Shown here: positions 10,151-19,105 of the stretch, piece after piece
How the letters are laid out: every line of letters begins with the position of its first letter
Position numbering within the stretch: the stretch's first letter is position 1
Virus record (IMG/VR): IMGVR_UViG_2700989413_000006
Location: 1 to 64,000 of that record
Origin: a virus
Lineage: Duplodnaviria > Heunggongvirae > Uroviricota > Caudoviricetes
Length of the DNA: 64,000 bases
Direction: 5' to 3' (one strand)
Notes under the pieces: generated by a model
What the model saw: the letters and a program-made list of their open reading frames with translations, nothing else
Database searches by the model: none
What the model was told of the DNA's origin: nothing
Program-made: the position numbers and the translations under genes

Positions 10151-10861
10151 CTAAGCGCAATTCAACTCTTCGTTTTTAAGTGGAGCATCATATGAAACGG
10201 GCTTAAACGTATTACAGCATTCGTAAATGCTTGTTGAGCCTACTGGATCTGAGATCACTAGCGTTCCATCTTGACGTTGCATGAAATTACCCGTGTGGAG
10301 GTCGGGAAATGCATCGGAATTTTGCTTCAAAAATTTAGCCATTGTTAAAAAACTCATGCTAAGCGATGGGTGATCTTTTAAATGGTCATCAAACGCCAAA
10401 TCCATTAAGCAAGTGATATTTCGCTCATGGCGGTCATCAATAAAGCTACAACCATTTAGAATGCGTAATTTTTTACAAATACGATTCACCAATGAGCGAT
10501 TAGGCCCCTTAACAGGTAGCTTATGAAGTCGTTCAACCTCATACAAGTACATCGGTACAGGCATGGTTTTGGGTTGAGTAATAGCAGTCTTGCTAATGTT
10601 TTTGCCAACAATAAATTCACCCACTTTGCCAAAGTCCCGGATAGGCCGAGTGAAATGATTACTCTCGCGAGATAGAGAGTAGGGGCCAAACAATGACTCA
10701 TAACCCATAGCGTCAATACTTAGTTTTAAAACCGTATCTGAATTACCGCTTTCGTAGACACCTGAGAACTGTCCACGCGCAATCAATTTTTTCCCTTTGA
10801 GTGCGCTATGAGTGTTTCTAACCGTCTTCACGCTTTGATCGTTTAAAATAAAAATGTTCAT
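10151..10861 (-). CDS. Protein-kinase-like fold phosphotransferase (putative)
   Basis: Gly-rich loop GQFSGVY, then VLKL (the lysine). Catalytic-loop-like DLHTGNF and a DFG-like ISDPVG. ATG at 10859-10861. Confidence 0.4.
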   Translation of the reverse strand: MNIFILNDQSVKTVRNTHSALKGKKLIARGQFSGVYESGNSDTVLKLSIDAMGYESLFGPYSLSRESNHFTRPIRDFGKVGEFIVGKNISKTAITQPKTMPVPMYLYEVERLHKLPVKGPNRSLVNRICKKLRILNGCSFIDDRHERNITCLMDLAFDDHLKDHPSLSMSFLTMAKFLKQNSDAFPDLHTGNFMQRQDGTLVISDPVGSTSIYECCNTFKPVSYDAPLKNEELNCA

Positions 10862-10949
10862 ATTCTCTTAGACTTAACAAATTCAATCTATTAGATACTT
10901 TTTTAGTTGGAGACTAAACGCGAGGGGGTTATTTGCCAGTCTGGAAATT

Positions 10950-11207
10950 TCAAAATTGATGATCTAAATAATCTGCATATGCAACTGATTTTCTACTCTT
11001 TTCCATTAATAGCAGAATTATTTTACTACGCAAACTTATTGGAATAGGGCGTTCTTCCGCCATCCATTGTCTTACTCTGCTTGAGTCCACATCAATCGCG
11101 CGAGCCAATTCTGTTTGCCATTGAGTGCCGTAAAGTATCTCACCTGCCTGTTTTAACTCTTCGGGCGACATGCGAGAGGCTTCAGAATCAAGGTTATCCA
11201 TGTTCAA
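10950..11207 (-). CDS. Small Cro/YdaS-like HTH DNA-binding protein (putative)
   Basis: 85 aa; ELARAIDVDSSRVRQWM is a helix-turn-helix-like segment. Confidence 0.4.
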   Translation of the reverse strand: MNMDNLDSEASRMSPEELKQAGEILYGTQWQTELARAIDVDSSRVRQWMAEERPIPISLRSKIILLLMEKSRKSVAYADYLDHQF

Positions 11208-11389
11208 TCCTATGATTTGTCAGCCGATAAAGAAAAAGCAATTAGATTTTTCCAATTGCCTTTCCCCCAACTTAACTAAGTTATCTCATCGTTTTCCTAT
11301 CTTTCGATAGGCTCGAAACAAACAAACAAGATAAAGAGAGTTTTACAACTCATTGGATAAATATAACCGCATGAATCGCTAGGGTCAAG

Positions 11390-11665
11390 TTACAATTGGT
11401 CAATCAAATATTTGTATCGTTCAAAATTCTCAGTAGAACTTTCAAGGTCTTCGGTTAGGAAAAACCAAACTTCGTTAAATATATCCAGCTTCTTTTGAAC
11501 TTCAGCCTTTATCATATGAGTAGCCATGCCGATTACAAGCAAAACCACCGCGCCTATCCAGAAAGGCGGGAAAAACAAACAAAGAAACCCAATAATCAAA
11601 CATCCGTATGAAATGCGCTTAGTGTTTCTAAAGCTCTTTGTTTCGATTGATATGTTTTCTTGCAC
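11390..11665 (-). CDS. Small membrane protein
   Basis: 91 aa with two hydrophobic helices (LIIGFLCLFFPPFWIGAVVLLVIGMA). Confidence 0.4.
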   Translation of the reverse strand: MQENISIETKSFRNTKRISYGCLIIGFLCLFFPPFWIGAVVLLVIGMATHMIKAEVQKKLDIFNEVWFFLTEDLESSTENFERYKYLIDQL

Positions 11666-11739
11666 TTCTGATAAGAGGCTTTTAAATTCTTCTTCGCCTA
11701 CAAGGTGTTTAAATATAATCTTTAAGCGTCATAATCACA

Positions 11740-11800
11740 GGTTAAATTTCAAGGACTTGGACATATATTACAATGATTCCTTCGTGACTTGAAATTTAAC
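11740..11800. promoter_or_regulatory. Long inverted repeat, roughly CACAGGTTAAATTTCAAG ... CTTGAAATTTAACTTGTG, with a spacer of about 30 bp
   Basis: Seen directly in the gap between the dnaQ-like stop and the next gene. Confidence 0.35.
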
Positions 11801-11819
11801 TTGTGGCTATTGGGCCAGA

Positions 11820-12353
11820 TCACACAATCTTATAAAAACCGCGATCTAAGCCTGCAAAGAAACACTGCATCATTACATCGACGTCATAGTCGGCTGCGTG
11901 AGCTGCATTGGGGTCATAATCAATATTGAGCGCAAAACAAAGTTCGCCCAATTTCGGTGATTTTCCATCAAAAGTAGCCCATCGACCATTTTCCATCGTA
12001 CAGAACTGACGAACAGGCGGTAATAAGGATCCAACGCGTCTAAGCTCTGCTTGCGTAAAGGGCATATCAAAGTCAATGTTATGAGCAATTACTACGTCAG
12101 CTGTGCTTAAAAGGTGATGCACAGTTGGCGCAACTTGTTCCCATTTAGGGCAACCTAAAAGCTGGCTATAATCAATTCCGTGAACAGCCTGAGCTTTGGG
12201 GTCGATCGGTCGTTCTGGATCGATGCGTTGTACGTATTTATCAACGAGCTGTCTTGTGTCTGAGTCATAAGACAAAATTGCAACTTCAATAATGCGATGA
12301 CCGTCGGCTTGCTCTAAACCTGTAGTCTCGGTATCAAAACCACGTAAAATCAT
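11820..12353 (-). CDS. dnaQ: DnaQ-like 3'-5' proofreading exonuclease (DEDDh family)
   Basis: Exo I FDTETTG, Exo II HNIDFD and Exo III H-AAD-YD motifs. ATG at 12351-12353. Confidence 0.85.
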   Translation of the reverse strand: MILRGFDTETTGLEQADGHRIIEVAILSYDSDTRQLVDKYVQRIDPERPIDPKAQAVHGIDYSQLLGCPKWEQVAPTVHHLLSTADVVIAHNIDFDMPFTQAELRRVGSLLPPVRQFCTMENGRWATFDGKSPKLGELCFALNIDYDPNAAHAADYDVDVMMQCFFAGLDRGFYKIV

Positions 12354-12625
12354 TCTGAAACGCCTTCCTCAGTAATCGTATTTTTAGTTGAATAAGGGAA
12401 AGTAAACTGCAAAGTGTTGATAACTGCCTTGATAGTGTTTTGAGCTATTCGAATTTCATCTGGATTATCAAGCAAAATCTTCTCTTTGCCGGTGTTGAGA
12501 ATAATATGCTTTGGCTCTTGACCTTCTTCGCTTTGAACAATGCCAGTTAAGCGATTTAAAGTGTCTTCAAACCAAACTTCGGTTTCCTGAAGCATTTCTA
12601 AGTGACTTCTTGCTATATTTTTCAT
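12350..12625 (-). CDS. Hypothetical protein
   Basis: 91 aa, 4-nt overlap with the dnaQ start. Confidence 0.4.
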   Translation of the reverse strand: MKNIARSHLEMLQETEVWFEDTLNRLTGIVQSEEGQEPKHIILNTGKEKILLDNPDEIRIAQNTIKAVINTLQFTFPYSTKNTITEEGVSE

Positions 12626-12660
12626 TGCATAACCGCCTATTGCTTAATGGTTTATTGATT

Positions 12661-12679
12661 CAGTCAGTGATGACTGATC
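12661..12679. promoter_or_regulatory. Dyad motif variant CAGTCAGTGATGACTGATC
   Basis: Intergenic; differs from the consensus at the central dinucleotide. Confidence 0.5.
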
Positions 12680-12720
12680 TCTGACTGAATTGTAAAACAT
12701 CAATACTGGCTTATCAGCTA

Positions 12721-13542
12721 TTACTTAACGTTTACGAGTGGAGTTGCGCTATTTGAAGGGAGTAAAACAGTGTGAGTGCCTTGTTGAGCAAAGGCTTGTT
12801 GTGCTTCAATTTCCATCTTTTTGATTAGCATTGGCGTGAGTGACGCACCAACAATACGGTTGGCTTCAGCTTCAGCACGAGCTTTGGTTAAAGTAACTTG
12901 GGCTTGAGCATCTGCAAGGTGTTGCTCTTCTTTTTTACGTGATATATCAAATTCAATTTGAGCGGCACGAGTAATTGCTTGTTCCAATTTTTCGTCAGTA
13001 ACAAGAGCGCGGACAGAAGCACCAGCAATGGTAAATGTATTGGGCATTTCTTTATCTAAAGACTTCTGTAATGAAGCTACAACATCAGCCGCGATTTCAT
13101 CACGCTTTAGATGAATTTCGCTGGAATCATATTTTGCCGTTGCTTTGAAAACCGCTTCAAGTGCATGGCGTTTAACAAAGCGTTCGCCCACCACTGTGTC
13201 GCCGTCTTTATTTGCCCCCAAGTCACCAGCTAGTTTAGAAAGTGTGTCAGCGACTTTATTTGGCTGAATCATGTAACGAATGTCCATATCGACTTCTTGC
13301 ATCGATACATTATCTTTCGTCTTCGGGTGAATGTTTTCAAGTGGAACGGTAGTTTCACGGACGCTAATTACCTTTAGGTCACGAGTGATGGTTTGATACA
13401 CACCCGGAGCCAATTCGTCCATTTTCATTTTGCCGAAAACCGATTCAACACCTACGTGACCAGTTTCAACCTTTGAACAACCAGTAAAAGCCATTGTCAT
13501 GCCGACAGTGAGAGCTATAAGGATTGAGCTTTTTAACTTCAT
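12721..13542 (-). CDS. SPFH/band-7 (HflC/K / prohibitin-like) lipoprotein
   Basis: Signal peptide plus lipobox (AFTGCS). SPFH-like core and a coiled-coil A/E/Q-rich C-terminal segment. 273 aa. Confidence 0.6.
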   Translation of the reverse strand: MKLKSSILIALTVGMTMAFTGCSKVETGHVGVESVFGKMKMDELAPGVYQTITRDLKVISVRETTVPLENIHPKTKDNVSMQEVDMDIRYMIQPNKVADTLSKLAGDLGANKDGDTVVGERFVKRHALEAVFKATAKYDSSEIHLKRDEIAADVVASLQKSLDKEMPNTFTIAGASVRALVTDEKLEQAITRAAQIEFDISRKKEEQHLADAQAQVTLTKARAEAEANRIVGASLTPMLIKKMEIEAQQAFAQQGTHTVLLPSNSATPLVNVK

Positions 13543-13543
13543 G

Positions 13544-13726
13544 TTAAGTTCCTATAGTCGCATAAACGTAAATAGCCAAAAGTACAGTGATAACGACTAA
13601 GATTTGCCATCTGTACTTGTTCAAGTGACTAAACGCCAATTTGCGAATTTTTGTGTTAAATGCCGCTGTCACAAACGCAACAACGACAAGGATGATTAAA
13701 AGTGTTTTGAAGAGAATTGAGATCAT
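13544..13726 (-). CDS. Small two-helix membrane protein, possibly the NfeD-like partner of the SPFH protein
   Basis: 60 aa, two transmembrane segments, immediately upstream of the SPFH gene. Confidence 0.35.
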   Translation of the reverse strand: MISILFKTLLIILVVVAFVTAAFNTKIRKLAFSHLNKYRWQILVVITVLLAIYVYATIGT

Positions 13727-13956
13727 TTCTTCTTAGGCTGAGCTTTGCGTTTAACTTTGGATTTGAGGATGATCTTTTCGATTTCATTCTTGTTAGCAAG
13801 AATGAACGATTTAACATCCACATCATCAATGAAAGCAGGCAATTCAGACTCGACATACGCATGGTTAATACGGAGAGCTTCTTCATGCTTTACATATTCA
13901 TCGTAAGTGCGGTGAAGTGTGCCGTCAGATGCTTGATGTACCGTAATACGTGGCAT
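13723..13956 (-). CDS. Hypothetical small basic protein
   Basis: 77 aa, lysine-rich C-terminus. Confidence 0.35.
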   Translation of the reverse strand: MPRITVHQASDGTLHRTYDEYVKHEEALRINHAYVESELPAFIDDVDVKSFILANKNEIEKIILKSKVKRKAQPKKK

Positions 13957-13958
13957 TT

Positions 13959-14675
13959 TTAAGCTCCTGCCTTCAGATCAGTGCCGAAACCACGTTCTTT
14001 AAGAAAGTTGGTCACTTCATCACGAAGGGTTTGGGTGCCCATGTCTTCAAAAGTTTGAGTGATTTGCTTAACAACATCTTCCAAAGCAACACCGCGTTCC
14101 TGAAGGGCCATGAAATTCAGAGCGGTCAACTTAATTAACTCTTTGATATATTCAGCTTCCGAGTATTTGTTTTCGTCGCCGTTGTTTAAAGCTACGCTTA
14201 AACCGCTCAAAACGCCCACGCTTTGTTGCGTGCGAAGTAATAACTCATCAAGATTTGGCACTACAAAGCGATGCATTTTTTCGCTCGCTGTATATGCTTG
14301 ATCTAACGTATTGATGTTTACCGCTTGGATTTTGTTACCACCTGAAGCCACAAAATTTGCATGTTTTGGAAGTGCTTGATTTGCTCCCGCTGTACTAATT
14401 TTGCCTTCAGCTTTTGTTGCTTTGCCTAGAAGACCTAAACTTGAAATTACCCCACTATCTGTAATTTGCACTCCAGCTCCACCCACAGGGCCAGCAGCGA
14501 GGTTAGCATTCGAAACAAAAAATTGATTTGCAGCTGCTTTAGTTTCAGTTGTCGCGGCTTTATCAGTAGAAGGATTGAGTTCAGCTGGTCGTAAACCATC
14601 TTTGGTCATTTCTAAAACTACCACTTGGCCCATTCCAGATTTTTCAATTTCCTTTGCAAAACAGTGAAGGCACAT
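13959..14675 (-). CDS. Hypothetical protein
   Basis: 238-aa ORF. Confidence 0.4.
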   Translation of the reverse strand: MCLHCFAKEIEKSGMGQVVVLEMTKDGLRPAELNPSTDKAATTETKAAANQFFVSNANLAAGPVGGAGVQITDSGVISSLGLLGKATKAEGKISTAGANQALPKHANFVASGGNKIQAVNINTLDQAYTASEKMHRFVVPNLDELLLRTQQSVGVLSGLSVALNNGDENKYSEAEYIKELIKLTALNFMALQERGVALEDVVKQITQTFEDMGTQTLRDEVTNFLKERGFGTDLKAGA

Positions 14676-14763
14676 CTTTTGTATTCCTAAAATTAATTTT
14701 GAACTTCATAAAAGCACCGCTAAACGGTTGTAGCGTTCCCTTGTGTGCTTTTATGGCGAAAAG

Positions 14764-14783
14764 TATAGTCAGTACTGACTGAT
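14764..14783. promoter_or_regulatory. Dyad motif TATAGTCAGTACTGACTGAT (perfect)
   Basis: Intergenic. Confidence 0.6.
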
Positions 14784-14827
14784 TTAATGGCAAATATTTT
14801 TCACAAAAACAATTAACCAAACATTAT

Positions 14828-15166
14828 TTAATCAGTTGCGATCGTAATCATCCGCAGAGCAATGCGCTCAACCTCTCTAAGAGGAAGTGCTTCGGGATTC
14901 TCGTGTATGACATTGGTGTTTGACGAAAGGAAAACCCAATCGCCGTCCGTCAAACACTTTGTTTTACCCGCAAACTCAAGCATCCAAAGATCATTTTGAG
15001 CATCGTAATAGAACCCATCGCGAAATTCGCGAAAGTAAAACTTAGCATCATCACTGTTAAAGCTATGTTCTGTTAAATATTTAATCGCTTGAGACGCAAC
15101 TAAACGACTAATTTTTTCTTTTGGTTGGGTCCAATACCAATCAAGCTTCATTGCGGTAGTGTGCAT
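14828..15166 (-). CDS. Hypothetical protein
   Basis: 112 aa. Confidence 0.4.
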   Translation of the reverse strand: MHTTAMKLDWYWTQPKEKISRLVASQAIKYLTEHSFNSDDAKFYFREFRDGFYYDAQNDLWMLEFAGKTKCLTDGDWVFLSSNTNVIHENPEALPLREVERIALRMITIATD

Positions 15167-15171
15167 ATTAT

Positions 15172-15654
15172 CTACCAGCTGCTATCCGAAGATGATGAAC
15201 TGCTACTGTCATACGATGAGCCGCCGTCTGAGCTGTACGATGAAGAACTCCAACTGTCGCTAGACGACGAAGAGGAAGAACCACCACTATAATCATGGCT
15301 ACTATGGCTATGAGAGTGCGTATATGACGGCTCTATGCGGGTAGGGGTGTCTTCACATTGATTACGGCGAATATGACTGTCATCGCTTGATTTGCACTCT
15401 TTCGAGCTGTCAGAGCTTTCTAGGGCCATGAGTGTTTGATTTAACTGCATAGCGTTTTGCTGTGCATACAAGGCTTCAGGAGACAGGCCGTTGCTTGTAT
15501 GGCGTGTTGATGACGCAGGAGCAGTATGCAGACGTTGCGAACGTTTACTTCCGTCACAGTTTGAACAAGTCATGTTGCGTTTGAAAAAGAAGGTTTTTGA
15601 GCAACCAGCATTAGGGCACTTATGCAGCATTGTCCTCTCCTTCAATAAGAACAA
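15172..15654 (-). CDS. Zinc-finger-like protein with a poly-Ser low-complexity tail
   Basis: N-terminal C-x5-C...C-x2-C cluster; C-terminal roughly 60 aa are about 70% Ser. Confidence 0.35.
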   Translation of the reverse strand: MFLLKERTMLHKCPNAGCSKTFFFKRNMTCSNCDGSKRSQRLHTAPASSTRHTSNGLSPEALYAQQNAMQLNQTLMALESSDSSKECKSSDDSHIRRNQCEDTPTRIEPSYTHSHSHSSHDYSGGSSSSSSSDSWSSSSYSSDGGSSYDSSSSSSSDSSW

Positions 15655-16111
15655 GTTTACCTGTTGCTTCGTCCATTTTTGCTAAACGGGCAGTGTGCAT
15701 CCATTCAGACTCTTCGTCATCTAAATCAACATCCCAGCAAACCCACTGTCCATTAAGCTCGATTGCACGCGTTGTTACATCAAGTTCAGGCGATGTATTT
15801 ACCGTCGGTATGTAATCGTGTAAATCGCCACATGTACGAATAATTTCGCGAGCAGTTTCAGCCCGCTCTATTGCGTCTTCATCCTCTCCGCCTTCAATCT
15901 CTGCGTAAATGGTGTCATAGATTGAATCTACGTTTGAGGAATTTATTAATGCCAAAATTTCATCTGGCTCAGCATCTTCTGGCAAGGGAGTGTCTGTGGC
16001 GTTTGCTTCATTCAGAAGACGGATTGAAGCTTCGTGAAATTCGTCATAGAGCTGAATCGCTTCTTCTAAAATTAAAAACTTCACTATTTGTTGTGCTGTA
16101 TATGCAGTCAT
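15620..16111 (-). CDS. Hypothetical acidic protein
   Basis: 163 aa. Confidence 0.4.
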   Translation of the reverse strand: MTAYTAQQIVKFLILEEAIQLYDEFHEASIRLLNEANATDTPLPEDAEPDEILALINSSNVDSIYDTIYAEIEGGEDEDAIERAETAREIIRTCGDLHDYIPTVNTSPELDVTTRAIELNGQWVCWDVDLDDEESEWMHTARLAKMDEATGKLVLIEGEDNAA

Positions 16112-16147
16112 ATTTATTCCTTAAATAATCAGTCACTACCGATAAAA

Positions 16148-16167
16148 TAAGTCAGTAGTGACTGATT
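16148..16167. promoter_or_regulatory. Dyad motif variant TAAGTCAGTAGTGACTGATT, with a degenerate second copy at 16127-16143
   Basis: Intergenic. Confidence 0.5.
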
Positions 16168-16193
16168 ATAAGCATAAATTAAAAATTATGAAA

Positions 16194-17060
16194 TTAAATT
16201 TGAGAAGACCCCAATAATGATTCCAACTCTTCTAATGAGTATTCGTCCACATCTTTTTCAAAACATGTGCCATTACCCACCGCACGAACTAAGCGTTTGC
16301 CGGTATCGTCATTATCACCAATAGCGTATAGCTCAAAAGGCAATGAACGGAGCCAATTCAGCATGTCTATTGAAGGAGAGCCAGTTAAAAGGGCCACCGC
16401 ATTATGTCCAAGCATGTGAAGGGCAGAGGCTTTAAAAATACCTTCAACTATGTATAAACGCTTTCGGCTGTAGTCCAATGTTTCCAAGCCCCAAACCGCA
16501 ATATTACCAGGAGTCTTGTAAGTGAAGTAACGAGCCAATTTTGGGTTATTGGTTCGCTTATCATTGCAGTCTGGGCGGTATTGTTGATAGCCAACTAATT
16601 TACCGTTTAAGCAATGCAAATACACCGTCAGGACGATTTCTTCGTGATTTAAAACGATGTTCTCGTATAAATCAGGGTCAAAGTTACGCTCAAGCAAATG
16701 AAGGTTAAGTTTTCTAACCAGTCTAAATGGCTCAGGTGTGTATTGAATAGATTTTGAAGACACCTTGTTATAGAGCGCATAAGCTACTGCAATTTTATTA
16801 AGCAAAAACTTGGTGCGTCTTGTTAAATCCTCAAAAGTGTCACTATTGCCCGCCACGTAAGAGAAGTACAAAAATGTCATATCAGTTGGGTTAATGCCAT
16901 CCACAAAGAAGGCGTGTTGCTTAATGTCGCCTACTTCTTCTTGCCAAATTACATTGACCTGTCTGACGTTTGGCATGAACGCTACAATTACCGCTCTTCG
17001 CAAAAGCTTCAGGCGATCTTTAATTGATAGTCGTAGTTTTTTCACCACTTCTTTCCTCAA
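16194..17060 (-). CDS. Toprim-domain protein (second primase-like or nuclease-like protein)
   Basis: IVEGIFKA...LLTGSPS...IGDNDDTGKRL matches the Toprim E / DxD arrangement. Confidence 0.4.
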   Translation of the reverse strand: MRKEVVKKLRLSIKDRLKLLRRAVIVAFMPNVRQVNVIWQEEVGDIKQHAFFVDGINPTDMTFLYFSYVAGNSDTFEDLTRRTKFLLNKIAVAYALYNKVSSKSIQYTPEPFRLVRKLNLHLLERNFDPDLYENIVLNHEEIVLTVYLHCLNGKLVGYQQYRPDCNDKRTNNPKLARYFTYKTPGNIAVWGLETLDYSRKRLYIVEGIFKASALHMLGHNAVALLTGSPSIDMLNWLRSLPFELYAIGDNDDTGKRLVRAVGNGTCFEKDVDEYSLEELESLLGSSQI

Positions 17061-17385
17061 ACCATTTATTTAACTCTAAAGCGTCAGAATAGGAGAGTTT
17101 AGCGTTGGCAAATTTCTTCCTAACTTCGCCAATGAAGTGCTGCTGTCGTACATGCTCTTCGTAATCAGCCTTGCTTTTCCATACGATGTAATAAAGTCCC
17201 GTATAGTCTTTTTCAGTACAAAGAGTGCCATCTGTCAAAATTATTTTGTGATGGTTATGAGAAGTGTAGGCGTACTTTCTAGCAATCTTTGTCACTTCAA
17301 CTTCGATGGGGGTTAAACTTCTGCCAATATAAAAACTTGGCACCAAACATACCGTTTGTCCGACTTTTAATTCAGATTTGAGCAT
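17020..17385 (-). CDS. Hypothetical protein
   Basis: 121 aa. Confidence 0.35.
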   Translation of the reverse strand: MLKSELKVGQTVCLVPSFYIGRSLTPIEVEVTKIARKYAYTSHNHHKIILTDGTLCTEKDYTGLYYIVWKSKADYEEHVRQQHFIGEVRKKFANAKLSYSDALELNKWFEERSGEKTTTIN

Positions 17386-17394
17386 TTATTTGTC

Positions 17395-17670
17395 CTAAAA
17401 TTTGCATGGGTACTCTGATTTTTCGCCAGTGTCGTTGTACCAACCCACTAACTTTTCAACCTTCGCCTGAGCTTCCTGATAATCAAGCTCGGTTTCTGAA
17501 ACTATGTTTGCCTCGCGCCACACTAGCCCCTGTCTATAACGCATCACGTAACAGTGTTGCGAAGGGTTGAAATCTTGGGTTTGTGGCACTATAGACTCGT
17601 TGAACGCCGTGTTAGAAACCTCACAAGCGCTTAACTGAACAGCCAGAAAAAGTATTAATGCGTTTCTCAT
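17395..17670 (-). CDS. Small lipoprotein (putative)
   Basis: Signal peptide with lipobox LSAC. Confidence 0.45.
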   Translation of the reverse strand: MRNALILFLAVQLSACEVSNTAFNESIVPQTQDFNPSQHCYVMRYRQGLVWREANIVSETELDYQEAQAKVEKLVGWYNDTGEKSEYPCKF

Positions 17671-17761
17671 TTATTAAAAAAATCCCACATCAATGCCGTT
17701 CAATTTAAGAGTCGTAATGCATATGACTACAACTATCATAAAGATCCAAAACCAGCCGTCG

Positions 17762-18208
17762 TTATGTATCATTGCGTTTCTCTCCTCTCAAAATTGCAAT
17801 AACGTCATCAAACTGCTTAAAAAACATGGATTGACCAATACAAGTCATGTCAGCCCTTGCAAGCGCCGAATTAATACGATTTTGAAGTTCGTCCACTTTT
17901 AATTGTTGTTCCTGCCAAGCCTCCCATTGCAAACCAATTGCTAAAGGAACTGATCTTCCTTGTCGGCTTGGTATATACAATTTTCCATTATGAAAAAATG
18001 CCGTTGTTCTATGCTTCTGAATATGGCGAATAAAACGCAATTCATGATCTTGAGTTGCGCCATAATCTTTCAGTTTTTCATAATAAATACGTTCGCCATC
18101 CACAACATACGAGGCGCACGACAAGCATTGATCAGTCTGCTCTCGGCAAACGGGGCATGATTGGAAATTTTTAAACTCACTCATGGCTGGCTCCTTTAAA
18201 TGCCCCAA
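17762..18208 (-). CDS. Hypothetical Cys-rich protein
   Basis: 148 aa, CPVC...C..C cluster. Confidence 0.4.
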   Translation of the reverse strand: MGHLKEPAMSEFKNFQSCPVCREQTDQCLSCASYVVDGERIYYEKLKDYGATQDHELRFIRHIQKHRTTAFFHNGKLYIPSRQGRSVPLAIGLQWEAWQEQQLKVDELQNRINSALARADMTCIGQSMFFKQFDDVIAILRGEKRNDT

Positions 18209-18380
18209 TCATCGCCTTGTACATCTCTCTGCGCTTTCTATTTGTTTCAGGATGCACATCACTTCCTTTAACTGGGTTCATGTAGCAGTGAGCAGCATTA
18301 AGCATTTTTTGTGTAGGCTCTTTAGGCACTAGAACATAGTCACCGCTTTCAAGCATTTTGATTTGCTCATCAACAAGCAT
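18177..18380 (-). CDS. Hypothetical small protein
   Basis: 67 aa. Confidence 0.3.
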   Translation of the reverse strand: MLVDEQIKMLESGDYVLVPKEPTQKMLNAAHCYMNPVKGSDVHPETNRKRREMYKAMIGAFKGASHE

Positions 18381-18606
18381 GGTCTTTATCCTCCAAAATG
18401 CCTTTGAGGACCCTGTAGAAGCCTAATAGCTCATCATCAGAATATTCACGTAGATCACCACACGCATAGATGGCTTCACTAAGCTTTAAGAGCTTTAGTT
18501 CATTTGCATCAATCTCAGCCTGTCGACTTTGTTTTCCCGCTTCAAATGCATCTACACCTGTGTAATTCAAATTCTTTTTTGCCCAATTCAAAAATTCTTG
18601 ATTCAT
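18370..18606 (-). CDS. Hypothetical small protein
   Basis: 78 aa. Confidence 0.3.
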   Translation of the reverse strand: MNQEFLNWAKKNLNYTGVDAFEAGKQSRQAEIDANELKLLKLSEAIYACGDLREYSDDELLGFYRVLKGILEDKDHAC

Positions 18607-18911
18607 TCCCCGCCTCCGTATATTGATTCGTGGACAGCCACGTCTTGCTGCAATTCCTTGATCTCGTCTTTGCTTACTCCAGCAAACTCAGAACCGAACG
18701 AAATCAAATAAGCCAAGTGATCTTTTGCTTTCGACAATCCGCCAAGCTGCGCTATACGATCCAAAGACTCCACTAGACGCTTGAGGTCTTTCAAATTAAT
18801 GAGTCCGTCCGCTTGCTTATAGATGACATGAGTAGAACCATCTATTGCGGCTTCAATAACCTCTCTCGCCTTCTTAAGTCCAAAATCCTGAATAAATTTA
18901 ACAGCATTCAT
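18603..18911 (-). CDS. Hypothetical protein
   Basis: 102 aa. Confidence 0.35.
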   Translation of the reverse strand: MNAVKFIQDFGLKKAREVIEAAIDGSTHVIYKQADGLINLKDLKRLVESLDRIAQLGGLSKAKDHLAYLISFGSEFAGVSKDEIKELQQDVAVHESIYGGGE

Positions 18912-19105
18912 CTTTCACGCTCCTTGCCGGTGCCTTCACAGCTACCGCATGGGATTGAGTCACCATTAGGTCGGCACGAGTCATACCAACCTGAACCATT
19001 GCAGGCTGTACAAGGTACTAATTTGTTTCGATACACATGCTTGAAGTAATGCTCAGTACGAGCGGCTTTTCTGGTTTTAAAATCATGCTTTGCCATTTTC
19101 GTCAC
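18908..19105 (-). CDS. Small zinc-ribbon protein with DnaJ-type CxxCxGxG repeats
   Basis: CTACNGSGW ... CGSCEGTG. Confidence 0.4.
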   Translation of the reverse strand: MTKMAKHDFKTRKAARTEHYFKHVYRNKLVPCTACNGSGWYDSCRPNGDSIPCGSCEGTGKERER

